This document shows, one piece after another, positions 24,325 to 37,019 of a DNA stretch of 64,000 nucleotides. Numbering within the stretch: the stretch's first letter is position 1; every line of letters starts with the position of its first letter. A program made the position numbers and the translations under genes. The stretch covers positions 498,852,001 through 498,916,000 of the forward strand of contig NC_091283.1 in the NCBI RefSeq assembly GCF_032444005.1, given 5' to 3'. The notes beneath the pieces are model-generated. The model was given only the letters and a program-made list of their open reading frames with translations. It did not search any database and was not told where the DNA came from. Source of the stretch: Ranitomeya imitator. Taxonomy: Eukaryota.

Positions 24325-25491
24325 TTAAGCGGATCAGTCACCAGATATCACAATACAAACTGTGTTCATTTTTTAATAGATCTCATCGACCTGATGAGAC
24401 TGGTGTACATTTTTAAAACCTTGTCAGAATAGCTGTGTAATCCTCATTTGAAGCTTTTTATTAAGTCTAGCTATAGAATTAAATAGTTCCAGAGTGCAAG
24501 TTTATTCAGCTTCTGCCCTCCCAGCCTGACTGACTGCTGCAGCTTGTACTGAGATGTGTGAGATCTCAGAAGCTTCAGGGAGGAGGGACCCTGAGGAGCT
24601 GTCAATCAGACTTGGTGGGCAGAACTGATGATAGATGTGCTTTAAGGGTCAAACGGTACAGATCTATTGTATTTTTCCACATCAGGGAGGCAAATCATTG
24701 AAACCTGTTAATGTAGAGCCCGGCTGGCACATTATGCATAAGGGGATGTGGATTCCGTATCTATCACAGACCCACTTGTGACTCCTGGGGAGAGGGGTTA
24801 TCACAGCCCCTCACTAGTGAGGAGATGTACAGACCTTGACTTGTCTTCCATTGCAGACAGGGTAGTGCCAGACGGTTTCCTCTGCAATAAGCTACTTTTA
24901 GGTCAGAGATAAAGCAGTCTAACCCCTAACCCTTCCACACTGGAAGGAAGGCAAGGGTCAATGAATGCTTAAAATAATAGATTTAATATATTTTTTCTTT
25001 ACACTTTATTAAATTACTGTGATGACTCTGCGTTCCCAGGCCACTAATGTGATAACGCGCATGATGGTGCCACATGCACAAAGCCTGGCATCTGCCCCTC
25101 AGGACTTCTCTGGGCACAGACTGCTACTCCGGCTTTTCTTTAGTTTCTGCAGCCTGCAGTGGTTCTGTAAATCTTCATGGCACGTGCCTGGAATCTTGCT
25201 GTCAATGTGAAGCCTGTGGGGACGGTTTTTGCTGCTCGGATGTTTTAAGATTATCCTGTTCAGTGGTAATTACTCTGCACTTGTCTGTGTGGTAATATAG
25301 CTGCCGGTTACAGATCCTGCTCCACCAGATCTGTAGCAGCTACGGCGTGCATTATGAGGTTCTGCAGCAGCTGGGGTACAGAACTGTACCACATACACCG
25401 GGGATGATGAAAGGTTTGCTTTGATGGACAGCAAAGGTGTCCTAGCCTTGTGTATTGAAAACTTGGCTTGTTGCCACCCAGTTCTCAGGAC

Positions 25492-25762
25492 TAGTGATGA
25501 GCGAGTGTACTAGTTGCTTGGGTGACCTCCGAGTATTTGTTAGTGCTCGGAGATTTAGTTTTCATCGCGACAGCTGAATGATTTACAGCTACTAGCAAGG
25601 CTGAGTATATGTGGGGGTTGCCTGGTTGCTAGGGAATCCCCACATGTAATCAAGCAGGCTTGTAGCTGTAAATCATTCAGCTGCCACGATGAAAAGTAAA
25701 TCTCCGAGCAGTCATAAATACTCGGAGGTCACCCAAGCAAGGACTACACTTACGCATCATTA
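25492..25762. mobile_element. Palindromic hAT-like MITE
   Basis: TAGTGATGAGCG ... CGCATCATTA with long internal inverted arms. 8-bp TSD CTCAGGAC / CTCAGGAT. Confidence 0.75.
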
Positions 25763-26659
25763 CTCAGGATGTATTCCCTGGTAGACCCTATTACACTTTA
25801 CGTTACTTCATGTCTATCAATTAGTGATTGGCACAGAAGAAGGAAAATGACTGGAAAATACTTAGATGTAGTTTTCATCACTGTCCACTAGGAGGTGCAG
25901 TTGTGGGGCAGAATACTTCTGTATTGTACCGACTCCATCTGAAGGGACGTGATGCAGAATTGTATTTTATGATCAGTCCAATCTGCTTCTTAAAAGTATA
26001 GGGGTATCCACAGAAAGTATGTAAAGGTGGTCCACAGACATAACCACATACGTATTTGCAGGGCCGGCGTCAGCACCCGGCGTACCTGGGCAAGTGGCGG
26101 GGCCCTGGCGAGACAGGGGGGCCCATTCAGGGCCGGTGTTAGGGACAGGCAGCTGCCTAGGGCACCCGCTCCCCCAGGGGCCCTCAGCTAGCTGCACATC
26201 ACGCAGCAGCTATGGGCCTCTATGAGGCAGGGGGGCCTGCCTGTCGCCAGCACCAACTCCCCCGCCGCTGCATTGAACTATACTGGCGTCTGCTGGTAAA
26301 GTTCAAAGCCAATGATGGAGGAGAGAACATCACCTGACGCTCCCTCTCCCATCATTCCCCACTCTGCCTCTGACAGTGCCGCTGCGGATGTGCGATGACA
26401 TCACCGGCAGAGCAGGGAGAATCGATCTCTCTGCTCTTCCGCTATGGGGCCCCTGAGCAGGTGGGGGGGGGGGGGGGGCCGGTGCCAGCAGTGGGCCCCT
26501 TGCCTGTCATCGCATGGTGAGCTGTATCGGCATCTAGCCAATACAGCTCAACGCAGTGATGAGGGAAAGAGCGCTGCGCTCCTTCCCCCATCATCCCCCA
26601 CAACGCCTGACAGCGGGTGCGATGACGTCACTGCCTAGCGCCCGCTGTCAGATGAGCTG

Positions 26660-27200
26660 GAGCATGCCTATGGGGGGGAGTGCTGCCTTAAATACAGGAT
26701 CAGCCTATAGGGGATGGAGTGCTGCCTTATATACAGGATCTGCCTATAGGGGAGGGAGTGCTGCCTTATATACAGGATCTGTCTATAGGGGAGGGAGTGC
26801 TGCCTTATATACAGGATCTTCCTATAGGGGAGGGATTGCTGCCTTATATACAGGATCTGCCTATGGGGGGGAGTGCTGCCTTATATACAGGATCTGCCTA
26901 TGGGGGGAGTGCTGCCTTATTCTACAGGATCTGCCTATGGGGGAGTGCTTCCTTATTCTACAGGATCTGCCTATGGGGGAGTGCTGCCTTATATACAGGA
27001 TCTGCCTATGGGGGGGAGTGCTGCCTTATATACAGGATCTGCCTATAGGGGGGGAGTGCTGCCTTATTCTACAGGATCTGCCTATGGGGGGAGTGCTGCC
27101 TTATTCTACAAGATCTGCCTATGGGGGGTGCTGCCTTATACTACATGATCTGCCTATGGGGGGTGCTTTAAACTACAGGGTCTGCCTATAGGGGTGCTGC
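26660..27200. repeat. ~35-bp minisatellite (CTGCCTATGGGGGGAGTGCTGCCTTATATACAGGAT)n
   Basis: About 15 tandem copies. Confidence 0.9.
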
Positions 27201-27599
27201 CTTGTGCTATATTGACTATCTGGCACATTATACTATATGGTGGTTATCTATATGGGGCCATCATACAGTGTGGGGATTACAGTGTTGGAGCCATCAAACA
27301 GTTTGAAGGCTACTAAGGGGTCAGTATACTGTGGGTGGTATTATACAGTTAGGGGGCATTATACTGTGTATAGGGGAGCTGTACGGGGGAGGGGGAGACT
27401 CGGGACATTATTAAATGTAAAGTGGGCACCTATTGTAATAGGGGAACTCAGGTTACTGTGACTATGAAAGGGACACACAGAGGGCATTATTACTTTCTAG
27501 GGGACAAAATGTGGGCTCTGTTTTCTAGGGCACTTGCACCCGGCATTACTATATTATAGAGGGGTGCTTTAGAATTTAGAGGGTACAGAGAACCACAGA

Positions 27600-28437
27600 G
27601 TAGGTGCAGTAATAGGGTCACATACGGCAGCAGAGGCTCAGTATCGGGGTATCAGGTGGAGTAATAGGGACACATACGGCAGTAGCGGCTCAGTATTGGG
27701 GTATCAGGTGCAGTAATAGGGACACATATGGCAGCAGCGGCTCAGTATTGGGGGTATCAGGTGCAGTAATAGGGACACATACAGCAGCAGCGGCTCAGTA
27801 TCGGGGTATCAGGTGCAGTAATAGGGACACATACGGCAGCAGCGGCTCAGTATCGGGGTATCAGGTGGAGTAATAGGGTCACAAACGGCAGCAGCAGCTC
27901 AGTATTGAGGTATCAGGTGCAGTAATGGGGTCACATACGGCAGCAACGGCTCAGTTTTGGGGTATCAGGTGCAGTAATAGGGACACATACGGCAGCCTCG
28001 GCTCAGTATTGGGGTATCAGGTGCAGTAATAGGGACACATACGGCAGCAGCGGCTCAGTATTGGTGTATCAGGTGCAGTAATAGGGACACATACAGCAGC
28101 AGCGGCTCAGTATTGGGGTATCAGGTGCAGCAATAGGGTCACATACAGCAGCAGCAGCTCAGTATTGGGGTATCAGGTGTAGTAATAGGGACACATACGG
28201 CAGCAGCGGCTCAGTATTGGGGTATCAGGTGCAGTAATAGGGACACATATGGCAGCAGCGGCTCAGTATTGGGGTATCAGGTGCAGTAATAGGGACACAT
28301 ATGGCAGCAGCGGCTCAGTATTGGGGTATCAGGTGCAGTAATAGGGACACATACGGCAGCAGCGGCTCAGTATTGGGGTATCAGGGGCAGTAATAGGGAC
28401 ACATACGGCAGCAGCGGCTCAGTATTGGGGTATCAGG
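27600..28437. repeat. 52-bp minisatellite, left part
   Basis: Unit GTATCAGGTGCAGTAATAGGGACACATACGGCAGCAGCGGCTCAGTATTGGG, about 16 copies. Confidence 0.95.
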
Positions 28438-29232
28438 TGTTGTGAATTCTGTTGTCGAACTCCCTCCTGTGGTCGTGAATGGTACTTCGGCGAGTTCTGT
28501 CTATGGGCTCCCTCTGGTGGCTGTGAGTGAAGCTGCTGCTTCTGAGGTTCCTTACACAGGTGACGTGGTTTATCCTTTGGTTGACTGCTCTATTTAACTC
28601 CTCTCAGATCGTTACTCCATGCCAGCTGTCAATGTTTTTGCATTGGTTCAGTTCGCTCCTGGATTTCTCTGGTGACCTGCCTTCTCCTGCAGAAGCTAAG
28701 TTCCTGATAGTCATTATTTGTTCACTGTTTTCTTGTCCAGCTGGTTTTCATGATTTTGTCTTGCTAGCTGGAAGCTCTGGGATGCAGAGTGGCCCCTCCG
28801 CACCGTGAATCAGTGCGGAGGTCTTTTTTGCACCCTCTGCGTGGTCTTTTGTTGGTTTTTGTGCTGATCGCAAAGTTACCTTTCCTATCCTCTGTCTATT
28901 TAGTAAGTCTGGCCTCCCTTTGCTGAAACCTGTTTCATTTCTGCGTTTGTGACTTTCATCTTTACTCACAGTCAATATATGTGGGGGGCTTCCTTTACCT
29001 TTGGGGAATTTCTCTGAGGCAAGGTAGGCTTTATTTTCTATCTCTAGGGCTAGATAGTTCTTAGGCTGTGACGAGGCGCCTAGGTCTGGTCAGGAGCGCT
29101 CCACGGCTATTTTTAGTGTGTGTGATAGGATTAGGGCTTGCGGTCAGCAGAGCTCCCACATCCCAGAGCTCGTCCTGTATGAGGTTTAACTATCAGGTCA
29201 TTCCGGGTGCTCCTAACCACCAGGTCATAACA
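28438..29232 (+). repeat. 5' LTR
   Basis: Direct repeat of 33430-34226. TATTTAA at 28591. Confidence 0.95.
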
Positions 29233-29254
29233 GTACAGCTGGCCCAAAGTATTA

Positions 29255-32200
29255 ATGCATCTCAATAGAGGGATAAGAGAACTTCTGAGGCCATTTTTTT
29301 TTCTTTGCACTGTGTTTTGTCTTTCTTTTCCCCTAGACCTTTGGGTGGTTCAGGACACAGGTGTAGATATGGACATTCAAGGTCTGTCCTCTTGTATGGA
29401 TCATCTCTCTGCAAGGGTACAAAACATTCAAGATTTTGTGGTTCAGAATCCTATGTTAGAGCCTAAAATTCCTATTCCTGACTTATTTTCTGGGGATAGA
29501 TCTAGGTTCTTGAATTTCAAAAATAATTGTAAACTGTTTCTAGCTTTGAAACCGCGCTCCTCTGGTGACCCCGTTCAACAGGTAAAAATCATTATTTCTT
29601 TGTTGCGTGGTGACCCTCAAGACTGGGCATTTTCCCTTGCGCCAGGAGATCCGGCATTGCGTGATGTTGATGCGTTTTTTCTGGCGCTTGGATTACTTTA
29701 TGATGAACCAAATTCAGTGGATCAGGCAGAGAAAATCTTGCTGGCTTTGTGTCAGGGTCAGGATGAAGCGGAGGTGTACTGTCAGAAGTTTAGAAAGTGG
29801 TCTGTGCTTACTCAGTGGAATGAATGTGCCCTGGCGGCAATTTTCAGAAAGGGTCTTTCTGAAGCCCTTAAGGATGCCATGTTGGGATTTCCAACGCCTG
29901 CTGGTCTGAATGAGTCTATGTCCTTGGCCATTCAGATCGATCGGCGCATGCGTGAGCGCAAAGCTGTGCACCATCTGGCGGTATTCTCTGAGCATAGGCC
30001 TGAGCCTATGCAGTGTGATAGGACTTTGACCAGAGCTGAACGGCAAGAACACAGACGTCGGAATGGGCTGTGTTTTTACTGTGGTGAATCCACTCATGCT
30101 ATCTCCGATTGTCCTAAGCGCACTAAGCGGTTCGCTAGGTCTGCCACCATTGGTACGGTACAGTCTAAATTTCTTTTGTCCGTTACTCTGATTTGCTCTC
30201 TGTCGTCCTATTCTGTAATGGCATTTGTGGATTCAGGCGCTACCCTGAATTTGATGGACTTGGAGTTTGCCAGGCGCTGTGGTTTTTTCTTGGAGCCCTT
30301 GCAGTATCCTATTCCATTGAGAGGAATTGATGCTACGCCTTTGGCCAAGAATAAGCCTCAGTACTGGACTCAATTGACCATGTGCTTGGCTCTTGCACAT
30401 CAGGAGGATATTCGCTTTTTGGTGTTGCATAATCTGCATGATGTCGTCGTTTTGGGGTTGCCATGGCTACAGGTCCATAATCCAGTGTTGGATTGGAAAT
30501 CTATGTCTGTGTCCAGCTGGGGTTGTCAGGGGGTACATGGTGATGTTCCATTGCTGTCAATTTCGCCTTCCACTCCTTCTGAAGTCCCTGAGTTTTTATC
30601 AGATTACCGGGATGTATTTGAAGAGCCCAAATCTGGTGCCTTACCTCCTCATAGGGATTGCGACTGTGCTATTAATTTGATTCCCGGTAGTAAGTTTCCT
30701 AAGGGCCGACTGTTTAATTTATCTGTGCCAGAGCACGCTGCTATGCGGAGTTATATAAAGAAATCCTTGGAGAAGGGTCATATTCGTCCGTCGTCGTCAC
30801 CATTGGGAGCAGGGTTCTTTTTTGTGGCCAAGAAGGATGGTTCTTTGAGACCTTGTATTGATTACCGCCTTCTTAATAAGATCACAGTCAAATTTCAGTA
30901 TCCTTTGCCGCTGCTGTCTGATTTATTTGCTCGGATTAAGGGGGCTAGTTGGTTCACCAAGATAGATCTTCGTGTTGCGTATAATCTTGTGTGAATTAAA
31001 CAGGGTGATGAATTGAAGACAGCATTTAATACGTCCGAGGGCCATTTTGAGTACCTGGTTATGCCATTCGGGCTTTCTAATGCTCCATCTGTGTTTCAGT
31101 CCTTTATGCATGACATCTTCCGAGAGTACCTGGATAGATTCATGATTGTATATTTGGATGACATTTTGGTCTTTTCGGATGATTGGGAATCTCATGTGAA
31201 GCAGGTCAGAATGGTGTTTCAGGTCCTTCGTGCGAATTCCTTGTTTGTGAAGGGGTCAAAGTGTCTCTTTGGAGTTCAGAAGGTTTCATTTTTGGGTTTC
31301 ATTTTTTCCCCTTCTACTATCGAGATGGACCCTGTTAAAGTTCAGGCCATTTATGATTGGACTCAGCCGACATCTGTGAAGAGCTTGCAGAAGTTCCTGG
31401 GCTTTGCTAATTTTTATCGTCGCTTCATCGCTAACTTTTCCAGTGTTGCTAAGCCGTTGACTGATTTGACCAAGAAAGGTGCTGATGTGGTCAATTGGTC
31501 CTCTGCGGCTGTAGAGGCTTTTCAGGAGTTGAAGCGTCGTTTTGCTTCTGCCCCTGTGTTGTGCCAGCCAGATGTTTCGCTCCCTTTTCAGGTGGAGGTT
31601 GATGCTTCTGAAATTGGAGCAGGGGCTGTTTTGTCACAAAGAAGTTCTGATGGCTCGGTGATGAAACCCTGTGCCTTCTTTTCTAGAAAATTCTCGCCTG
31701 CTGAGCGCAATTATGATGTGGGCAATCGGGAGTTGTTGGCCATGAAGTGGGCATTCGAGGAGTGGCGACATTGGCTTGAAGGAGCTAAACATCGCGTGGT
31801 GGTCTTGACGGATCACAAGAATTTGACTTATCTCGAGTCTGCCAAACGGTTGAATCCTAGACAGGCTCGATGGTCGCTCTTTTTCTCCCGTTTTGATTTT
31901 GTGGTTTCATACTTTCCGGGATCTAAGAATGTGAAGGCTGACGCCCTGTCAAGGAGTTTTGTGCCTGACTCTCCGGGTGTTCCGGAGCCGGCGGGTATTC
32001 TTAAAGAAGGGGTAATTTTGTCTGCCATTTCCCCTGATTTGCGGCGTGTGCTGCAAAAGTTTCAGGCTGATAGACCTGACCGTTGTCCTACGGAGAAACT
32101 GTATGTCCCTGATAGATGGACTAGTAGAGTTATCTCGGAGATTCATTGTTCAGTATTGGCTGGTCATCCTGGAATCTTTGGTACCAGAGATTTGGTGGCC

Positions 32201-33589
32201 AGATCCTTTTGGTGGCCTTCTTTGTCACGGGATGTGCGTTCTTTTGTGCAGTCCTGTGGGATTTGTGCTCGGGCTAAGCCCTGCTGTTCTCGTGCCAGTG
32301 GGTTGCTTTTGCCCTTGCCGATCCCGAAGAGGCCCTGGACGCATATTTCCATGGATTTTATTTTTGATCTCCCTGTTTCTCAAAAGATGTCGGTCATTTG
32401 GGTGGTTTGTGATCGCTTCTCTAAGATGGTCCATTTGGTACCCTTATCTAAACTGCCTTCCTCCTCTGATTTGGTGCCATTGTTTTTCCAGCATGTGGTT
32501 CGTTTGCATGGCATTCCAGAGAACATCGTCTCGGACAGAGGTTCCCAGTTTGTTTCGAGGTTTTGGCGGTCCTTTTGCGCTAAGATGGGCATTGATTTGT
32601 CTTTTTCTTCGGCTTTCCATCCTCAGACTAATGGCCAAACCGAACGAACTAATCAGACTTTGGAGACATATCTGAGATGCTTTGTTTCTGCTGATCAGGA
32701 TGATTGGGTGTCTTTCTTGCCTTTGGCTGAGTTCGCCCTTAATAATTGGGCCAGCTCGACTACTTTAGTTTCTCCTTTTTTCTGTAATTCTGGTTTCCAT
32801 CCTCGTTTTTCTTCAGGGCAGGTTGAGCCTTCGGACTGTCCTGGTGTGGATGCGGTGGTGGATAGGTTGAAGCAGATTTGGACTCATGTGGTGGACAATT
32901 TGACATTGTCCCAGGAGAAGGCTCAACGTTTCGCTAACCGCCGGCGTTGTGTTGGTCCCCGACTTCGTGTTGTGGATTTGGTTTGGTTGTCATCTCGTCA
33001 CGTTCCTATGAAGGTTTCCTCTTCTAAGTTTAAGTCTCGTTTCATTGGACCATATAACATTTCTGAAGTTCTTAATCCTGTGTCATTTCGTTTGGATCTT
33101 CTAGCTTCTTTTGCCATCCATAATGTGTTCCATAGGTCGTTGTTGCTGAGATACGTGGCGCCTATGGTTCCCTCCGTTGATCCTCCTGCCCCGGTGTTGG
33201 TCGAGGGGGAGTTGGAGTATGTGGTGGAGAAGATTTTGGATTCTCGTGTTTCGAGACGGAAACTCCAGTACCTGATCAAGTGGAAGGGTTATGGTCAGGA
33301 AGATAATTCCTGGGTTTTTGCCTCTGATGTTCATGCTGCCGATCTTGTTCGTGCCTTTCATTTGGCTCATCCTGATCGGCCTGGGGGCTCTGGTGAGGGT
33401 TTGGTGACCCCTCCTCAAGGGGGGGGTACTGTTGTGAATTCTGTTGTCGAACTCCCTCCTGTGGTCGTGAATGGTACTTCGGCGAGTTCTGTCTATGGGC
33501 TCCCTCTGGTGGCTGTGAGTGAAGCTGCTGCTTCTGAGGTTCCTTACATAGGTGACGTGGTTTATCCTTTGGTTGACTGCTCTATTTAA
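29255..33589 (+). pseudogene. gag-pol polyprotein (Gag-CCHC, protease, RT, RNase H, integrase, chromodomain) with one premature stop
   Basis: The two track ORFs are in the same frame, separated by TGA at 30992-94 (YNLV*IKQGDE, expected R). Motifs: [43 protein letters not shown] / SDRGSQF / ERTNQTLE, EYVVEKILDSR...YLIKWKGY...NSW. The likely start is ATG 29255 or 29369. Confidence 0.95.
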
Positions 33590-34226
33590 CTCCTCTCAGA
33601 TCGTTACTCCATGCCAGCTGTCAATGTTTTTGCATTGGTTCAGTTCGCTCCTGGATTTCTCTGGTGACTTTGACCTTCTCCTGCAGAAGCTAAGTTCCTG
33701 ATAGTCATTATTTGTTCACTGTTTTCTTGTCCAGCTGGTTTTCATGATTTTGTCTTGCTAGCTGGAAGCTCTGGGATGCAGAGTGGCCCCTCCGCACCGT
33801 GAGTCGGTGCGGAGGTCTTTTTTGCACACTCTGCGTGGTCTTTTGTAGGTTTTTGTGCTGATCGCAAAGTTACCTTTCCTATCCTCTGTCTATTTAGTAA
33901 GTCTGGCCTCCCTTTGCTGAAACCTGTTTCATTTCTGCGTTTGTGACTTTCATCTTTTCTCACAGTCAATATATGTGGGGGGCTTCCTTTACCTTTGGGG
34001 AATTTCTCTGAGGCAAGGTAGGCTTTATTTTCTATCTCTAGGGCTAGATAGTTCTTAGGCTGTGACGAGGCGCCTAGGTCTGGTCAGGAGCGCTCCACGG
34101 CTATTTTTAGTGTGTGTGATAGGATTAGGGCTTGCGGTCAGCAGAGCTCCCACATCCCAGAGCTCGTCCTGTATGAGGTTTAACTATCAGGTCATTCCGG
34201 GTGCTCCTAACCACCAGGTCATAACA
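33430..34226 (+). repeat. 3' LTR
   Basis: Direct repeat of the 5' LTR, immediately after the PPT. Confidence 0.95.
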
Positions 34227-36505
34227 ATCAGGTGCAGTAATAGGGACACATACGGCAGCAGCGGCTCAGTATTGGGGTATCAGGGGCAGTAATAGGGACA
34301 CATACGGCAGCAGCGGCTCAGTATTGGGGTATCAGGTGCAGTAATAGGGACACATACGGCAGCAGCGGCTCAGTATTGGGGTATCAGGGGCAGTAATAGG
34401 GACACATACGGCAGCAGAGGCTCAGTGTTGGGGTATCAGGTGCAGTAATAGGGTCACATACGGCAGCAGCGGCTCAGTATTGGGATATCAGGTGCAGTAA
34501 TAAGGACACATATGGCAGCAGCGGCTCAGTATTGGGGTAACAGGTGCAGTAATAGAGACGCATACGGCAGTAGCGTCTCAGTATTGGGGTATCGGGCAGT
34601 AATAGGGACACATATGCCAGCAGCGGCTCAGTATTGGGGTATCAGGTGTAGTAATAGGGTCACATATGGCAGCAGCGGCTCAGTATTGGGGTATCAGGTG
34701 CAGTAATAGGGACACATGGCAGCATCGGCTCAGTATTGGGGTATCAGGTGCAGTAATAGGGACACATATGGCAGCAGCGGCTCAGTATTGGGGTATCAGG
34801 TGCAGTAATAGGGACACATATGGCAGCAGCGGCTCAGTATTGGGGGTATCAGGTGGAGTAATAGGGTCACATACGGCAACAGCGGCTCAGTATTGAGGTA
34901 TCAGGTGCAGTAATGGGGTCACATACGGCAGCAGCGGCTCAGTTTTGGAGTATCAGGTGCAGTAATAGGGACACATACGGCAGCTGTGGATCAGTATTGG
35001 GGTATCAGGTGCAGTAATAGGGACACATATGGCAGAGGCTCAGTATTGGGGTATCAGGTGCAGCAATAGGGTCACATACAGCAGCAGCGGCTCAGTATTG
35101 GGGTATCAGGTGTAGTAATAGGGACACATACGGCAGCAGCGGCTCAGTATTGGGGTATCAGGTGCAGTAATAGGGACACATACAGCAGCAGCGGCTCAGT
35201 ATTGGGGTATCAGGTGCAGTAATAGGGACACATACGGCAGCAGCGGCTCAGTATTGGGGTATCAGGTGCAGTAATAGGGACACATACGGCAGCAGCGGCT
35301 CAGTATTGGGGTATCAGGGGCAGTAATAGGGACACATACGGCAGCAGCGGCTCAGTATTGGGGTATCAGGGGCAGTAATAGGGACACATACGGCAGCAGC
35401 GGCTCAGTATTGGGATATCAGGTGCAGTAATAGGGACACAGAAGGCAGCAGAGGCTCAGTGTTGGGGTATCAGGTGCAGTAATAGGGTCACATACGGCAG
35501 CAGCGGCTCAGTATTGGGATATCAGGTGCAGTAATAGGGACACATACGGCAGCAGCAGCTCAGTATTGGGGTATCAGGTGCAGCAATAGGGACACATACA
35601 GCAGAGGCTCAGTGTTGGGGTATCATGTGCAGTAATAGGGACACATACGGCAGCAGCGGCTCAGTATTGGGGTATCAGGTGCAGTAATAGGGTCACATAC
35701 GGCAGCAGCGGCTCAGTATTGGGGTATCAGGTGCAGTAATAGGGACACATATGGCAGCATCTGCTCAGTATTGGGGTATCAGGTGCAGTAATAGGGACAC
35801 ATATGGCAGCAGCGGCTCAGTATTGGGGTATCAGGGGCAGTAATAGGGACACATACGGCAGCAGCGGCTCAGTATTGGGCTATCAGGTGCAGTAATAGGG
35901 ACACATATGGCAGCATCGGCTCAGTATTGGGGTATCAGGTGCAGTAATAGGGACACATACGGCAGCAGCGGCTCAGTATTGGGGTATCAGGGGCAGTAAT
36001 AGGGACACATACGGCAGCAGCGGCTCAGTATTGGGGTATCAGGTGCAGTAATAGGGACACATACGGCAGCAGCGGCTCAGTATTGGGGTATCAGGGGCAG
36101 TAATAGGGACACATACGGCAGCAGCGGCTCAGTATTGGGATATCAGGTGCAGTAATAGGGACACATACGGCAGCAGAGGCTCAGTGTTGGGGTATCAGGT
36201 GCAGTAATAGGGTCACATATGGCAGCAGCGGCTCAGTATTGGGATATCAGGTGCAGTAATAGGGACACATACGGCAGTAGCGGCTCAGTATTGGGGTATC
36301 AGGTGCAGCAATAGGGACACATACAGCAGAGGCTCAGTGTTGGGGTATCAGGTGCAGTAATAGGGACACATACGGCAGCAGCGGCTCAGTATTGGGGTAT
36401 CAGGTGCAGTAATAGGGTCACATACGGCAGCAGCGGCTCAGTATTGGGGTATCAGGGGCAGTAATAGGGACACATACAGCAGCAGCGGCTCAGTCTTGGG
36501 GTATC
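34227..36505. repeat. 52-bp minisatellite, right part
   Basis: About 44 copies. The array resumes in register after the 3' LTR. Confidence 0.95.
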
Positions 36506-37019
36506 AGCAGGATGAGGGGTTTGTGCAGGTTGGGAATAGATGGTGATGGGAGAAGTGAAATGTGTCTTTGTTGTTTTCTCTGCAGATGAGTTGTAGCTGG
36601 AAGAAGTTGTCATGTCGGTCTGGGCCAGATGGAAAAATAGTAAAAGTGACGATTCCATCATAAAGAACGTCAATGGTAAGTCATTATCTATAACTGTGCT
36701 GTGATCTCTTATATGTTCTGTAGGACTGGTATCTACCACTGACCATATATATCCATGTTGGTTCAGTAACAGCATGGTCATCTGCTGAGGATCTCCTCCA
36801 CTATTAGGGGTAGTCATCGAGTTGTAATCAAGGTTACCTGGTTAGGGGCCCACTCAGAAGCTTCGCCCCCCCCTGGACCAAAACTCTAGCTACGCCTCTG
36901 GAACCTAGACATGTTTGCTATCTACGAAACTGTAGTGACCTGGAGAATCATGATAGCAGGTCAGTTTTAGCATTTAGTGAACATGGTAAAATAACATTTT
37001 TCCTGTTTCCAGTACACTG

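Larger units (their letters stand above)
28438..34226 (+). mobile_element. Full-length Ty3/Gypsy chromovirus (Tf1/sushi-like) LTR retrotransposon
   Basis: LTRs at 28438-29232 and 33430-34226 (TGTTG...TAACA) differ at only about 10 positions. PPT AAGGGGGGGG precedes the 3' LTR. ATCAGG is duplicated on both flanks. Confidence 0.97.
26058..36900 (+). mobile_element. Composite minisatellite-carrying non-autonomous DNA element (copy A), interrupted by the Gypsy element
   Basis: Colinear in reverse complement with 43670-47710 over the CpG core, ~35-bp array, unique spacer, 52-bp array and unique tail. Terminus ...TCTAGCTACGCCTCTG. The left boundary is approximate. Confidence 0.7.

Noticed and set aside
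24990-25420. Cys-rich ORF fragments downstream of the keratin as a second gene
   Set aside because: There is no consistent frame or exon structure, and no keratin or keratin-associated protein pattern.
27600-36505. CRISPR-like array
   Set aside because: Units are contiguous 52-bp tandem copies with no unique spacers, there are no cas genes, and the context is eukaryotic.
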